Source: Mobula hypostoma (Eukaryota). Taken from it: 64,000 nucleotides of DNA. The position numbers and the translations under genes were made by a program. The notes under the pieces were generated by a model. The model was given only the letters and a program-made list of their open reading frames with translations. It searched no databases and was not told where the DNA came from. The stretch spans positions 94,800,001 to 94,864,000 of the forward strand of contig NC_086108.1 in assembly GCF_963921235.1 (NCBI RefSeq), in the 5' to 3' direction. Below, one piece after another: positions 10,275-23,411 of this stretch (position 1 is its first letter; each line of letters opens with the position of its first letter).

Positions 10275-13100
10275 ATAAAGTTTTAATGCAAGGAGTATTA
10301 TGAACAAAGCAGTGGAGCTTAGAATGTGGATCAGTACTTGGAGTTATGATGTTGTGGCAATTACCGAGACTTGGATGGCTCAGGGGCAGGAATGGTTACT
10401 TCGAATGGCAGGCTTTAGATGTTTCAGAAAGGACAGGGAGGGAGGCAAAAGAGGTGGGGGTGTGGCATTGTTGATCAGAGATGGTGTCAAGGCAGCAGAA
10501 AAGGAGGAATTCATGGAGGGATTGTGGGTGGAAGTTAGGAACAGGAAAGGGTCAATAACTGTACTGGGTGTTTTTTTTTAAATAGACCACCCAATAGTAA
10601 CAGGGACATTGAGGAGCAGATAGGGAGACAAGTTCTTGAAAGGTGTCATAATAACAATGTTGTTGTGATGGGAGATTTTAATTTCCCAAATATTGATTGA
10701 CATGTCCCTAGAGCAAGGGGTTTAGATGGGGTGGAGTTTGTTAGCTGTGTTCAGAAGGATTTCTTGACTCAGTATGTAGATAAGCCTACAAGAGGAGAGA
10801 CTGTACTGTATTGGGAAATGAACCTTGTCAGGTGTCAGATCTCTCAGTGGGAGAGCATTTTGGAGATAGTGATCACAATTCTATCTCCTTTACCATTGCA
10901 TTGGAAAGGGATAGGAACAGATTTAATTGGAGTAAGGGGAAATATGAAGCTATCAGGCAGGAACTTAGAAACATAAATTGGAAACAGATGTTCTCAGGGA
11001 TAAGAACGGAAGAAATATGGCAAATGTTCAGGGGATATTTGCATGGAGTTCTGCATAAGTACGTTCCAATGAGACAGGTAAAGGATGGGAGGGTACAGGA
11101 ACCATGGTGTACAAAGGCTGTTGTAAATCTAGTCAAAAAGAAAAGAAGAGCTCATGAAAGATTCAAAAAACTAGGTAATGATAGAGATCTAGAAGATTAT
11201 AAGGCTAGCTGGAAGGAGCTTAAGAACAAAAGTAGGAGAGCCGGAAGGGGTCATGAGAAGGCCTTTACGGACAGGATTAAGGAAAACCCCAAGGCATTCT
11301 ACAAGTATGTGAAGAGCAAGAGGATAAGACGTGTGAGAATAAGACCAATTAAGTGTGACAGTGGATAAGTGTATATGGAACCGGAGGAGATAGCAGAGAT
11401 ACTTAATGAATACTTTGTTTCAGTTTTCACTACAGAAAAGGATCTTGGTGATTGTAGGGGTGACTTGCAGCAGACCGAAAAGCTTGAGAATGTGGATATT
11501 AAGGAACAGGATGTGCTGGAGCCTTTGGAAAGCATCAAGTTAGATCAGTCACTGGGACCAGACGAGGTGTACCCCAGGCTGCTGTGGGAGGCGAGGGAAG
11601 AGATTGCTGAGCCTCTGGTGATGATCTTTGCATCATCAATAGGGACGGGAGAGGTTCTGGAGGATTGCAGAGTTGCAAATGTAGTTCCCTTATTCAAGAA
11701 AGGTATTAGAGATAGCCCAGGAAATTATAGACCAGTGAGTCTTACTTCAGTGGTTGGTAACTTGATGGAGAAGATCCTGAGAGACAGGATTTACGAGCAT
11801 TTGGAGAGACATAATATGGTTAGGAGTAGGCAGCATGGCTTTGTAGAAGGCAGGTTGTGCCTTACGAACCTGATTGAATTTTTTGAGGATGTGACTAAAC
11901 ACATTGATGAAGGTAGAACAGTAGATGTAGTGTATATGGATTTCAGCAAGGCATTTGATAAGGTATTCCATGCAAGGCTTATTGAGAAAGTAAGGAGGCA
12001 TGGGATCCAAAGGCACATTGCTTTGTGGATCCAGAACTGGCTTGCCCACAGAAGGCAAACAGTGATTGTAGTCAAGTCATATTCTGCATGGAGGTCAGTG
12101 ACCAGTGGTGTGCCTCAGGGATCTGTTCTGGGACCCCTACTCTTTGTGATTTTGATAAATGACCTGGATGAGGAAGTGGGGGGATGGATTAGCAAATTTG
12201 CTGATGTCACAAAGATTGGGGGTGTTGTGGATAGTGTGGAGGACTGTCAGAGGTTACAGCAGGACATTGATAGGATGCAAAACTGGGCTGAGAAGTGGCA
12301 GATGGAGTTCAACCCAGATAAGTGTGAGGTGGTTCATTTTGGTAGGTCAAATATGGTGGAGAATTTAGTATTAATGGTAAGACTCCTGGCAGTGTGGAGG
12401 ATCAGAGGGATCTTGGGGTCTGAGTCCATAGGAAACTCAAAGCTGCTGTGCAGGTTGATTCTGTGGTTAAGAAGGCACGTGGTGCATTGGCCTTCATCAA
12501 TGATTGGATTGAGTTCAGGAGCAGAGAGGTAATGTTACAGCTATACAGGACCCTGGTCAAATCCCACTTGAAGTACTGTGTACAGATCTGGTCACCTCAC
12601 TACAGGAAAGATATGGAAACCATAGAAAGGGTGCAGGGGAGATTTAAAAGGATGTTGCCTGGATTGGGGAGCTTGCCTTATGAGAATAGGTTGAGTGAAC
12701 TCGGCCTTTTTTCCTTGAAGCGATGGAGGATGAGAGGTGACCTGATAGAACTGTATAGGAGGCACTGATCATGTGGATAGTCAGAAGCTTTTTCCCAGGG
12801 CTGAAATGGCTAGCATGAGAGAGCACAGTTTTAAGGTGCTTGGAGGTAGGTACAGAGGAGATGTCAGGGGTTAGTTGTTTTTTTTCTTCACAGAGCGTGA
12901 TGAGTGCATGAAATGGGCTGCCGGCGATGGTGGTGGAGGTGAATACGATAGGGTTTTAAGAGACTCCTGGATAGGTGCATGGATCATAGAAAAATAGAGT
13001 ACTATGGGTAACCCCAGGTAATTTCTAAGGTAAGGACATGTTTGGCACAGCTTTGTGGGCCAAAGGGCCTGTATTGTGCTGTAGGTTTTCTATGTTTCTC
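10275..13100 (+). mobile_element. CR1 LINE (family C), near-complete disrupted ORF2
   Basis: [52 protein letters not shown]; (TTTCTATG)n-like tail. Confidence 0.95.
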
Positions 13101-13129
13101 TGTTTGAAGAGATTTTATAAGTAAGGGTC

Positions 13130-15440
13130 AAACAGCACAGAACATAGAATAGTACAGCACAGTACAGGCCCTTCGGCCCACAATGTTGTGCCGACCCTCA
13201 AACCCTGCCTCCCATGTAACCCCCCCGCCGAACTTAAATTCCTCCATATACCTGTCCAGTAGTCTCTTAAACTTCACTAGTGTATCTGCCTCCACCACTG
13301 ACTCAGGCAGTGCATTCCATGCACCAACCACTCTCTGAGTAAAAAACCTTCCTCTAATATCCCCCTTGAACTTCCCACCCCTTACCTTAAAGCCATGTCC
13401 TCTTGTACTGAGCAGTGGTGCCCTGGGGAAGAGGCGCTGGCTATCCACTCTATCTATTCCTCTTATTATCTTGTACACCTCTGTCATGTTTCCTCTCATC
13501 CTCTTTCTCTCCAAAGAGTAAAGCCTGAGCTCCCTTAATCTCTGATGATAATGCATACTCTCTAAACCAGGCAGCAGCCTGGTAAATCTCCTCTGTACCC
13601 TTTCCAATGCTTCCACATCCTTCCTATAGTGAGGCGACCAGAACTGGACACAGTACTCCAAATGTGGCCTAACCAGAGTTTTATAGGGCTACATCATTAC
13701 ATTGCGACTCTTAAACTCTAACCCTCGACTTATGAAAGCTAACACCCCATAAGCTTTCTTAACTACCCTATCCACCTGTGCGGCAACTTCTCAGGGATCT
13801 GTGGACGTGTACCCCCAGATCCCTCTGTTCCTCCACACTACCAAGTATCCTGCCATTTACTTTGTACTCTGCCTTGGAGTTTGTCCTTCCAAAGTGTACC
13901 ACCTCACACTTCTCCGGGTTGAACTCCATCTGCCACTTCTCAGCCCACTTCTGCATCCTATCAATGTCTCTCTGCAATCCTTGACAATCCTCTACACTAT
14001 CTACAACACCACCAACCTTTGTGTCGTCTGTAAACTTGCCAACCCACCCCACATCCAGATCGTTAATAAAAATCACGAAAAGTAGAGGTCCCAGAACAGA
14101 TCTGCAGGCAAGCCAATTCTGAATCCACCTGGCCAAACTTCCCTGGATCCCATGCCTTCTAACTTTCTGAATAAGCCTACCGTGAGGAACCTTGTCAAAT
14201 GCCTTACTAAAATCCATATAGATCACATCCACTGCACTACCCTCATCTATATGTCTGGTCACCTCCTCAAAGAACTCTTATCAGGCTTGTTAGACATGAT
14301 CTGCCCTTCACAAAGCCATGCTGACTGTCCCTGATCAGACCATGATTCTCTAAATGTCCAGAGATCCTATCTCTAAGAATCTTTTCCAACAGCTTTCCCA
14401 CCACAGACGTAAGGCTCACTGGTCTATAATTACCCGGACTATCCCTACTACCTTTTCTGAACAAGGGGACAACATTCGCCTCCCTCCAATCCTCCGGAAC
14501 CATTCCCGTGGACAACGAGGACATAAAGATCCTAGCCAGAGGCTCAGCAATCTCTTCCCTCGCCTCGTGGAGCAGCCTGGGGAATATTCCGTCAGGCCCC
14601 GGGGATTTATCCGTCCTAATGTATTTTAACAACTCCAACACCTCCTCTCCCTTAATATCAACATGCTCCAGAGCATCAACCTCACTCATATTGTCCTCAC
14701 CGTCATCAAATTCCCTCTCATTGGTGAATACCGAAGAGAAGTATTCATTGAGGAACTCGCTCACTTCCACAGCCTCCAGGCACATCTTCCCACCTTTATC
14801 TCTAATCGGTCCTACCTTCACTCCTGTCATCCTTTTTTTCTTCACATAATTGAAAAATGCCTTGGGGTTTTCCTTTACTCTACTCGCCAAGGCCTTCTCA
14901 TGCCCCCTTCTTGCTCTTCTCAGCCCCTTCTTAAGCTCCTTTCTTGCTTCCTTATATTCCTCAATAAACCCATCTGATCCTTGCTTCCTAAACCTCATGT
15001 ATGCTGCCTTCTTCCACCTGACTGGATTTTCCAACTCACTTGTCACCCATGGTTCCTTCACCCTACCATTCTTATCTTCCTCACCAGGACAAATTTATCC
15101 CTAACATCCTGCAAGAGATCTCTAAACATCGACCACATGTCCATAGTACATTTCCCTGCAAAAACATCATCCCAATTCACATCCACAAGTTCTAGCCTTA
15201 TAGCCTCATAATTTGCCCTTCCCCAATTAAAAATTTTCCTGTGCTCTCTGATTCTAGCCTTTTCCATGATAATGCTAAAGGTCAGGGAGCAGGTGGTCAC
15301 TGTCCCCCAGATGATCACCCACTGAGAGATCTGTGACCTGACCCGGTTCATTACCTAGTACTAGATGTAGTATGGCATTCCCCCTAGTCAGCCTGTCCAC
15401 ATACTGTGACAGGAATCAGTCCTGGACACACCTAACAAAC
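13130..15440 (-). mobile_element. CR1 LINE (family B), 5'-truncated
   Basis: ORFs 14267-15061, 13768-14262 and 13128-13661 carry CR1 RT motifs. Confidence 0.95.
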
Positions 15441-16182
15441 TCACTGTCTCCAAATGGTTAATACTGACCTTCAAGCAGCACATTAATGCCACCCTAATTG
15501 CATATTTCACCGTATGTTCCCATCTATTTTCCCCATATTCTATATACTAATGGCAAATTACAATGGCCAATTAACCTACTAACCCATATGTTTTCGCAAC
15601 ACCCAGAGTAAATCCACATGATCACAGGAGGAATGTGCAAACTCCAAGTAGGCAGTACGAAGGGTCAGGATTTAATCCTGACCCTTGCTGTTGTTGTGAA
15701 ACAGCAATTCGATTAGCTGCATCTCTCACAGCCAGCTTCACTTGGAGACTAAAAACCAGCCAGTTTGCTCCCTGATCAAAATGGGTTCCAATGATAAAAA
15801 AAAATCATTCTATCAACTTAAATTTACATTTCCGTACTAAGGGAACGGGTAGCCGTTAACATAAGTTAATCAGTGATGCAAAGATAGGTGGCAGTATAAG
15901 CAAAGTAGAGGGAACCTAAAGTTAAAGTGAAATAGCCAGTTTAAGCAAATAATTTCGATTTAAGAATTTTCAATTTTGACCCAAAGCAAACTGAAAATAA
16001 AAATAGAGACAAGATAGTAATAATGGATGACAAGATCCATTAAATTAGAATCACTGAAAGTGGACATAAATAGAAAACCAACAAATATTCACAGAATGTT
16101 GGCTTCCTTATCTACATATTTCAGGCATAAACTATGTCTGAAACACCGTTCTGGCTATTTCACCTTGGAATTTATTAACCAT

Positions 16183-16480
16183 TGGATGGCATGGTAGCAT
16201 AGCTGTTAGTGTTATGCTTCACAGCATCAGCAACCTAGGTTCTATTTCTGTAAGGAGTAATAGTACATTTTTCTCAGGACTGTATGGGTTTCCTATTGGT
16301 GCTCAGTTTTCTCCCACATTCCAAAGATGTACATATGGGTTAAGGTTAGTAAGTTGTGGGCACGCTATGTTGGCACCAGATTGTGGAATGCCCCCAGCAT
16401 ATCCTCAGACAATGTTGGTCTTTGATGCAAATGACACATTTCGCTTGCATTTCGATATACATGAGACTAATAAAGCTCAA
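16183..16480 (+). mobile_element. tRNA-derived SINE
   Basis: A-box-like tggcatggtagcatagctgttag, B-box-like ggttctattt, body shared with other SINE copies. Confidence 0.6.
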
Positions 16481-16667
16481 CCTTAACCTTTTTAGCAAGG
16501 CAATGTAATTCCCCAAGTCTTACCATTCATTGAGATCATCGCTGATTTGTGACCTAACTCTATACTTTCCAGATCTTTGATGTGTGATCCAACTCTATAC
16601 TTTCTATATCCCTTGTTACATGTTGGTTAACTGAAATCTATCAATCTTAAGATTTTAAATGATCTAT

Positions 16668-17637
16668 TATACAAGCAAACACAAAAAGAGAAATAATGTA
16701 TGAGATCATGAAAAGGCAATGTAACTTCATTGGACATGTGATTAGGAAATTGGAGTTAGAATGCATAGTAATTATGGGAAAGATTGAAGGGAAGAAAGCA
16801 AGTGTAAGGGTTTCTTCTTTTATGTTACTGCGTAGGCTAATCAAAATGGCTTTTCTGAAACAACTGCAATTTAAGGAGTTCTCTCTCTCTCTCTGCTTGT
16901 TTGGGTTATATTATTGATAAGAGAGAGAACGAACCAATTGGGATAGATGTTATTCTTGCTTGTGTGTCTGTAAGCCATTGTGATGCACGGGCTTTGGGGG
17001 AGAAGACGCAATGGGGACAGAGAGAGTGGACGCGATGCTGTAAGGTGACCGACAGGATAAACCCCGAGCAAGAGTCTGAGGTCCAGGTTCTTCGACGAGG
17101 AGAGGAGACGAAGACAGACTCGTGTGGAGTGTCTGTTTGACTACCGTGGTTGGTCCCAGGCGGCGGGTCGAAATGGTTGAAGGGGATCAAATGGTGGAAA
17201 CAGGACCCCGTCACTTGAGCTCCAACTGTTGTGCACGAAGTGGCTGAACTTTGATAAGTTTAGCACCTTTTACTTTCCTTTATCTCTATTAATTACATAG
17301 TTCTAGTAATATCTATAAATTGTAATCATTTAATCACATATGGTGCATTGTCTGTTATTTGGCAGAGTGGGGTACATCATACAGCATCCACACAAACTTG
17401 ATTACCCAGTTTGGCGGGGCCGAGGGCTGCTTTCCCTAGACGAAAACGAGTTGAGCAAGCCTGAGGCTGACCAGGAGGCTACACAAGAGGAAGGCAAAGA
17501 CAAATGATGATGGAGACAGCAGCCAGAGAACTGGAAATGAATACCAATGAACTGATCCACTTGACCCAAAACAGGAGTGTGTGGGTCATGGCAGTCAAAG
17601 CTCAAACTGGGCACGGCACCTGATGATGATGATTATA
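16668..17637 (+). mobile_element. RTE-clade LINE 3' fragment interrupted by a solo LTR
   Basis: RQCNFIGHVIRK...GKIEGKKA|RGRQRQMMME; (TGA)n tail at about 17621-17635. Confidence 0.75.
16803..17483. mobile_element. Solo LTR, 681 bp (possibly Gypsy-type)
   Basis: TGTA...TACA termini flanked by a 4-bp TSD CAAG (16799-16802, 17484-17487); removing it restores the RTE reading frame. Confidence 0.85.
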
Positions 17638-18257
17638 CAAGCATCGATTTTAATCTACGTAAAGGATTTCCAAGCTGCCACCAGCCTCTACATGTAGAAT
17701 TATTTCTCTAATTTATTCCTGAAAATGCCTAGGACTAATTTTCAGTCTATGTTCCCAGTGCAAATTTTAACCAATTGAAATAATGTTTTCTTTCTCTCTC
17801 TCTCTCTCCCCCTCTTCATTCCCCAAGTATTTTAAATGACTTAAACCGTATAAAATTCCTAAGAAAATAATGTTTAGATTGTATAATCTATCTTATGGTA
17901 AATATACATTGCACTACATCCAAGGGAATTAATATGAAATAGTGCCCAGGACCAATCCTGCAAATTGTGAAGTATTAATTTACTAGAGGTTAAATTATGA
18001 GATTAAACATTTGCAGTTAGACTCCCTGGAATTTCAAGTTTAAACAACTATTTGATAAGCTTTCAAGATAAATAAGGGAAAATTGAATAAGAACGAAAAA
18101 GAAAAATTATCTGCAGTGGTTGAGATCAAACCCTGAGGGCATAGTTCGGAGGAAGTCTGGAAACAACTCTTAAAACGATGATGGAATATCCTATCATAAA
18201 TATTAATTGATATGGGTTCAATTGTTAGCATTAAATCTAAAACTGATAGATTTTAGC

Positions 18258-21056
18258 TTAGAGCATGGATCAGTACTTGGAGCTATGATGTGGTGACCAT
18301 TACAAAGACTTGGATGGCTCAGGGACAGGAATGGTTACTTCAAGTGCTGGGTTTTAGATGTTTCAGAAAGGACAGGGAGGGAGGCAAAAGAGGTGGGGGC
18401 GTGGCACTGTTGATCAGAGACATGGTGTCACGACTGCAGAAAAGGTGGACGTCATGGAGGGATTGTCTACGGAGTCTCTGTGGGTGGAGGTTAGGAACAA
18501 GAAGGGGTCAATAACTTTACTGAGTGTTTTTTATAGGCTGCCCAATGGTAACAGGGATATCGACGAGCAGATAGGGAAACAGATCCTGGCAAGTTGTAAT
18601 AATAACAGAATTGTCATGATGGGAGCTTTTAACTTCCCAAATATCGATTGGCATCTCCCTAGAGCAAGGAGATTAGATGGGGTGGAGTTTGTTAAGTGTG
18701 TTCAGGAAGGTTTCTTGATACAATATGTAGATAAGCCTACAAGAGGAGAGACTGCACTTGATTTAGTATTGGAAATGAACCTGATCAGGTGTCAGATCTC
18801 ACAGTGGGAGAGCATTTTGGAGATAGTGAACATAATTCTATCTCCTTTACAACAGCATTGGAGAGAGATAGGAGTAGACAAGTTAGAAAAGCATTTAATT
18901 GGAGTAGGGGGAATTATGATGTTATCAGGCAAGAAATTGGAAGCTTAAATTGGGAACAGATGTTCTCAGGGAAAAGTACGGAAGAAATATGGCAAACGTT
19001 CAGGGGATATTTGTGTGGAGTTCTGCATAGGTACGTTCCAATGAGACAGGGAAGTTATGGTAGGGTATGGGAACCGTGGTGTACAAAGGCTGTAATAAAT
19101 CGCGTCAAGAAGAAAAGAAGAGTGTAAAAAAGGTTCAGAGAGTTAGGTAATGTCAGGGATCTAGAAGGTTATAAAGCTAACAAGAAGGAGCTTATAAAGG
19201 AAATTAGGAGAGCCAGAAGGAGACATGAGAAGGCCTTGGCGGACAGGATTAAGGAAAACCCCAAGGCATTCTACAAGTATGTGAAGAGCAAGAGGATAAG
19301 ATGTGAAAGAATAGGACCTATCAAGTATGATAGTAGGAAAGTGTGTATGGAACTGGAGGAAATAGCAGGGGTACTGAATGAATACTTTACTTCAGTATTC
19401 ACTATGGAAAAGGATCTTGGTGATTATAGGGATGAATTGCAGCAGACTGAAAAGCTTGAGCATGTAGATATTAAGAAAGAGGATGTGCTGGAGCTTTTGG
19501 AAAGCATCAAGTTTGATAAGTTGCTGGGACCAGATGAAACATACCCCAGGCTACTGTGAGAAGTGAGGGAGGAGATTGCTGAGCCTCTGGCGATAATCTT
19601 TGAATCATCAATGGGGATGAGAGAGGTTCTGGAGGGTTGGAGGGTTGTGGATGTTGTTCCTTTATTCAAGAAAGGGAGTAGAGATAGCCCAGGAAATTAT
19701 AGACCAGTGAGTCTTACTTCAGTGGTTGGTAACTTGATGGAGAAGATCCTGAGAGGCAGGATTTATGAACATTTGGAGAGGTATAATATGATTAGGAATA
19801 GTCAGCATGGCTTTGCCAAAGGCAGGCCGTGCCTTACGAGCCTGATTCAATTTTTTGGAGGATGTGACTAAACACATTGATGAAGGAAGAGCAGTAGATG
19901 TAGTGTATATGGATTTCACCAAGGCATTTGATAAGGTACCCCATGCAAGGCTTATTGAGAAAGTAAGGAGGCATGGGATAGAAGGGGACATTGCTTTGTG
20001 GATCCAGAACCGACTTGCCCACAGAAGGCAATGAGTGGTTGTAGATGGGTCATATTCTGCATGGAGGTCGGTGACCAGTGGTGTGCCTCAGGGATCTGTT
20101 CTGGGACCCTTACTCTTCATGATTTTTATAAATAACCTGGATGAGGAAGTGGAGGAATGGTTTAGCAAGTTTGCTGATGACACAAAGGTTGGAGGTGTTG
20201 TGGATAGTGTGGTGGGCTGTCAGAGGTTACAGTGGGACATTGATAGAATGCAAAACTGGGCTGAGAAGTGGCAGATGGAGTTCAACCCAGATAACTGAGA
20301 GGTGGTTCATTTTGGTAGGTCAAATATGATGGCAGAATATAGTACTAATGGTAAGACTCTTGGCAGTGTGGAGGATCAGAGGGATCTTGGGGTCCGAGTC
20401 CAGAGGACGCTCAAAACAGCTGTGCAAGTTGACTCTGTGGTTAAGAAGGCATACAGTGCATTGGCCTTCTTTAACTGTGGAATTGAAATTAGGAGCCGAG
20501 AGGTAATGCTGCAGCTATATAGGACCCCGGTCAGACCCCACTTGGAGTACTGTGCTCAGTTCTGGTCGCCTCACTACAGGAAGGATGTGGAAGCCATAGA
20601 AAGGGTGCAGAGGAGATTTACAAGAACGTTGCCTGGATTGGGTAGAGTGAACTCAGCTTTTTCTCCTTGGAGCGACGGAGGATGAGAGGTGACCTGATAG
20701 AGGTGTATAAGATGATGAGAGGCATTGATCGTGTGGATAGTCAGAGGCTTTTTCCCAGGGCTGAAATGGTTGCCACAAGAGGACACAGGTTTAAGGTGCT
20801 GGGGAGTAGGTACAGAGGAGATGTCAGGAGTAAGTTCTTATACTCAGAGAGTGGTGAGTGCGTGGAATTGTCTGCCGGCAATGGTAGTGGAGGCGGATAC
20901 GATAGGGTCTTTTAAGAAACTTTTAGATAGGTACATGGAGCTTAGTAAAATAAAGGGCTATGGGAAAGTCTAGTAATTTCTAAGGTAGGAACATGTTTGG
21001 CACAACTTTGTGGGCCGAAGGGCCTGTATTGTGCTGTAGGTTTTCTATGTTTCTAT
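18258..21056 (+). mobile_element. CR1 LINE (family C), near-complete disrupted ORF2
   Basis: Collinear with 10315-13100; EN and RT motifs present. Confidence 0.95.
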
Positions 21057-21256
21057 TTTTATAACCACCTAGATTATGGGAAATGGGGAAAGGGATGTTC
21101 CAGAGAATTAGGTGATAGATCAATCAATAGCTCCAAAAGGTGAAATAGGCCTGAGCAGTTAAATGGGCTGCTCCTGTTCTTGGGCATATTGATGTAAAGC
21201 ATCAAAAGTGGAATTGTGGATTTAAATGCCATTATCTTGATGTGCAGGTTACGTAC

Positions 21257-21447
21257 CTCCTGTTCCAACTTCTCCATGTCATTTTCTTTTTCCAAGAGCT
21301 GCTCTTCAAAGTTCTGACAGTTGATTATCTGAGTCTCCAATGTTGAGATTGTAGATTCTGCCTCTAACAATTTTGTCTGCAGTTCTTCAAATTCCTTTTG
21401 TTTACATTGTTCTTCTTCTAAATGCTGTTCCAGGGTCTTTCTCTCAG
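21257..21447 (-). CDS. ccdc18: CCDC18-like exon 11 (AERKTLEQHLEEEQCKQKEFEELQTKLLEAE...MEKLEQE)
   Basis: cttgtcag / gtacgt, 191 nt, phase 1 to 0; similar to IEELRTKLIQIEAE...QEELLEKASNSSKLESE. Confidence 0.87.
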
Positions 21448-22234
21448 CTGACAAGATAAAAGAAAAAGCTTTTTTTTTTGTAAAATAACAATTCTATTGA
21501 AGCAAGATGGCCAGCTTGCCAAAAGCTTGCTTCAGCACCCTGTTTACCTATAGCACCACTTGCAGGGAACCATGTATGTGTGGTCCTTGTATTTGTCAGC
21601 TTATAGATACTGACCATGTCCATAAAACATCTTTTTTTTTTGTTATGCACTGGCTCTGACACAAAACATTCTGTAAAAGTATTGCAAATAATCAGTCCAA
21701 AATAGCAGACTTCTTCCTCGTATAGATTCTGTAGCCCGAGGAAATAATCTCTCAGGATATACTGTACCCTGTCAATCCTTCCCAGAATTTTGTACATTTC
21801 AAACAAATTACCACTGTAGACCTACTTCACTCAACTTCCTCTTTACCCTGGTAATCACTGGTAATCAACCTAGTGAAGATACACCATACCACATCAAAGC
21901 TATAAGCATTCTTGAACAACAGAAATTTCAGTCTGTATTCCCTCTACATCTGCAACAAGACTTCTTTTAACACTTCAGTTCACTTCCATTAAAGGTCAAG
22001 ATCCCATTTCCCCTTCCAATGGCTGCAGTATTGCATGTTGGTATGTTTCATGAACGAGTAGAATCTATCTGCACATCAACTTTTGCTAAATTGTCACAAA
22101 GTTTTAAAAACTTGTAGTGGGTAACCAGATGCTATTACAGCTCAGGGGGTCAGAGTTCAGAGTTCAATCCTGATGTCCTCTGTAAGGAGTCCTCATTGTG
22201 GAATGTTCTGGTTTCTTCACACAGTTCAAAGATA

Positions 22235-22825
22235 AAAACATCGAAAACCTAAAGCATAATACAGGCCCTTTGGCCCACAATGCTGTGCCAAACATGTACT
22301 TACTTTTGAAATTACCTAGGGTTACCTATAGCCCTCTATTTTTCTAAGCTCCACGTACCTGTCCAGGAGTCTCTTAAAAGACCCTATCATATCCGCCTCC
22401 ACCACCGTCGCCAGCAACCCATTCCACGAAATCACCACTCTCTGGGTAAAAAGCTTACCCCTGACATCTCCTCTGTACTTACTTCCAAGCACCTTAAAAC
22501 TGTGCCTGCTCGTGCTGGCCATTTCAGCCCTGAGAAAAAGCCTCTGACTATCCACACGATCAATGCCTCTCATCATCTTATACACCTCTATCAGGTCACC
22601 TCTCATCCTCGCACGCTCCAAGGAGAAAAGGCCGAGTTCACTCAACCTATTCTCAAAAGGCATGCTCCCCAATCCAGGCAACAGCCTTGTAAGTCTCCTC
22701 CACACCCTTTCTATAGTTTCCACATCCTTCCTGTAGTGAGGTGACCAGAACTGAGCACAGTACTTCAAGTGGGGTCTGACCAGGGTCCTATATAGCTGCA
22801 ACATTACCTCTAGGCTCTTGAGCTC
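22235..22825 (-). mobile_element. CR1 family C 3' fragment
   Basis: ORF 22322-22846 EVMLQLYRTLVRPHLKYCAQFWSP. Confidence 0.9.
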
Positions 22826-22837
22826 AGTCTCATAATA

Positions 22838-23200
22838 CTGACTCACCAGCTGTTGTATCTTCCAGAAACAGGTGTATTTTTACTACAATCAATTGAAACA
22901 CCTTGACTGCACACAGGCCTCTAAAAACAGATCTCCATTTAACTAATTATGTGAGTTCTAAAACCGATTGGATGAGTATTCACTCATCTATGATGTGATG
23001 CACCACTGATGATTCGGTGCATCACATCATTGATGAGTGAATACTCATGCAATGAATAATTTTATGTTTTATATTTGTAATTAATTTAGATCACTTCGCA
23101 GAGATCTGTTTTCACGCTGACGTGAGTCTTTTTTACGTTGATCAGTGTCAAGAAAAGCCAAATTAAATCCACTGTGATTCAATGTTGTAAAACAATAAAA
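22838..23200 (-). mobile_element. Tc1 5'-end fragment (same family as 1-3480) containing a hairpin
   Basis: Collinear with 701-774 plus 3173-3430. Confidence 0.8.
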
Positions 23201-23204
23201 CCGA

Positions 23205-23411
23205 ATCATAGGAAAATTTACAATGGCCAATTAACCTACTAACCAGTAGCATCTTTTACTATGGGAGGAAACTAGAGCACCCGGAGAAAACACACATATT
23301 CTACAGGGAGAATGCCCAACCTCCCTACAGAGGGCGCTGGGACTGAACTCCGAAATCTAGCACCCCAAGCTGTAACAGAGTTGTGCTGACCACTACGCTA
23401 CCGTGACACCC
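23205..23411 (-). mobile_element. tRNA-derived SINE fragment
   Basis: caatggccaattaacctactaacc...gggaggaaactagagcacccggag...ccactacgctaccgtg. Confidence 0.6.

Noticed and set aside
13080..13150. Tail-to-tail CR1 C and B copies as one composite element
   Set aside because: Different families separated by about 30 nt, with no shared TSD; independent insertions are sufficient.
16183..16260. tRNA genes at SINE heads
   Set aside because: Only degenerate A/B boxes, no cloverleaf, and followed by SINE body.
6829..20973. RT/endonuclease ORFs as functional genes, retrons or other prokaryotic RT systems
   Set aside because: All are fragmented CR1 ORF2 copies in a spliced vertebrate gene context.
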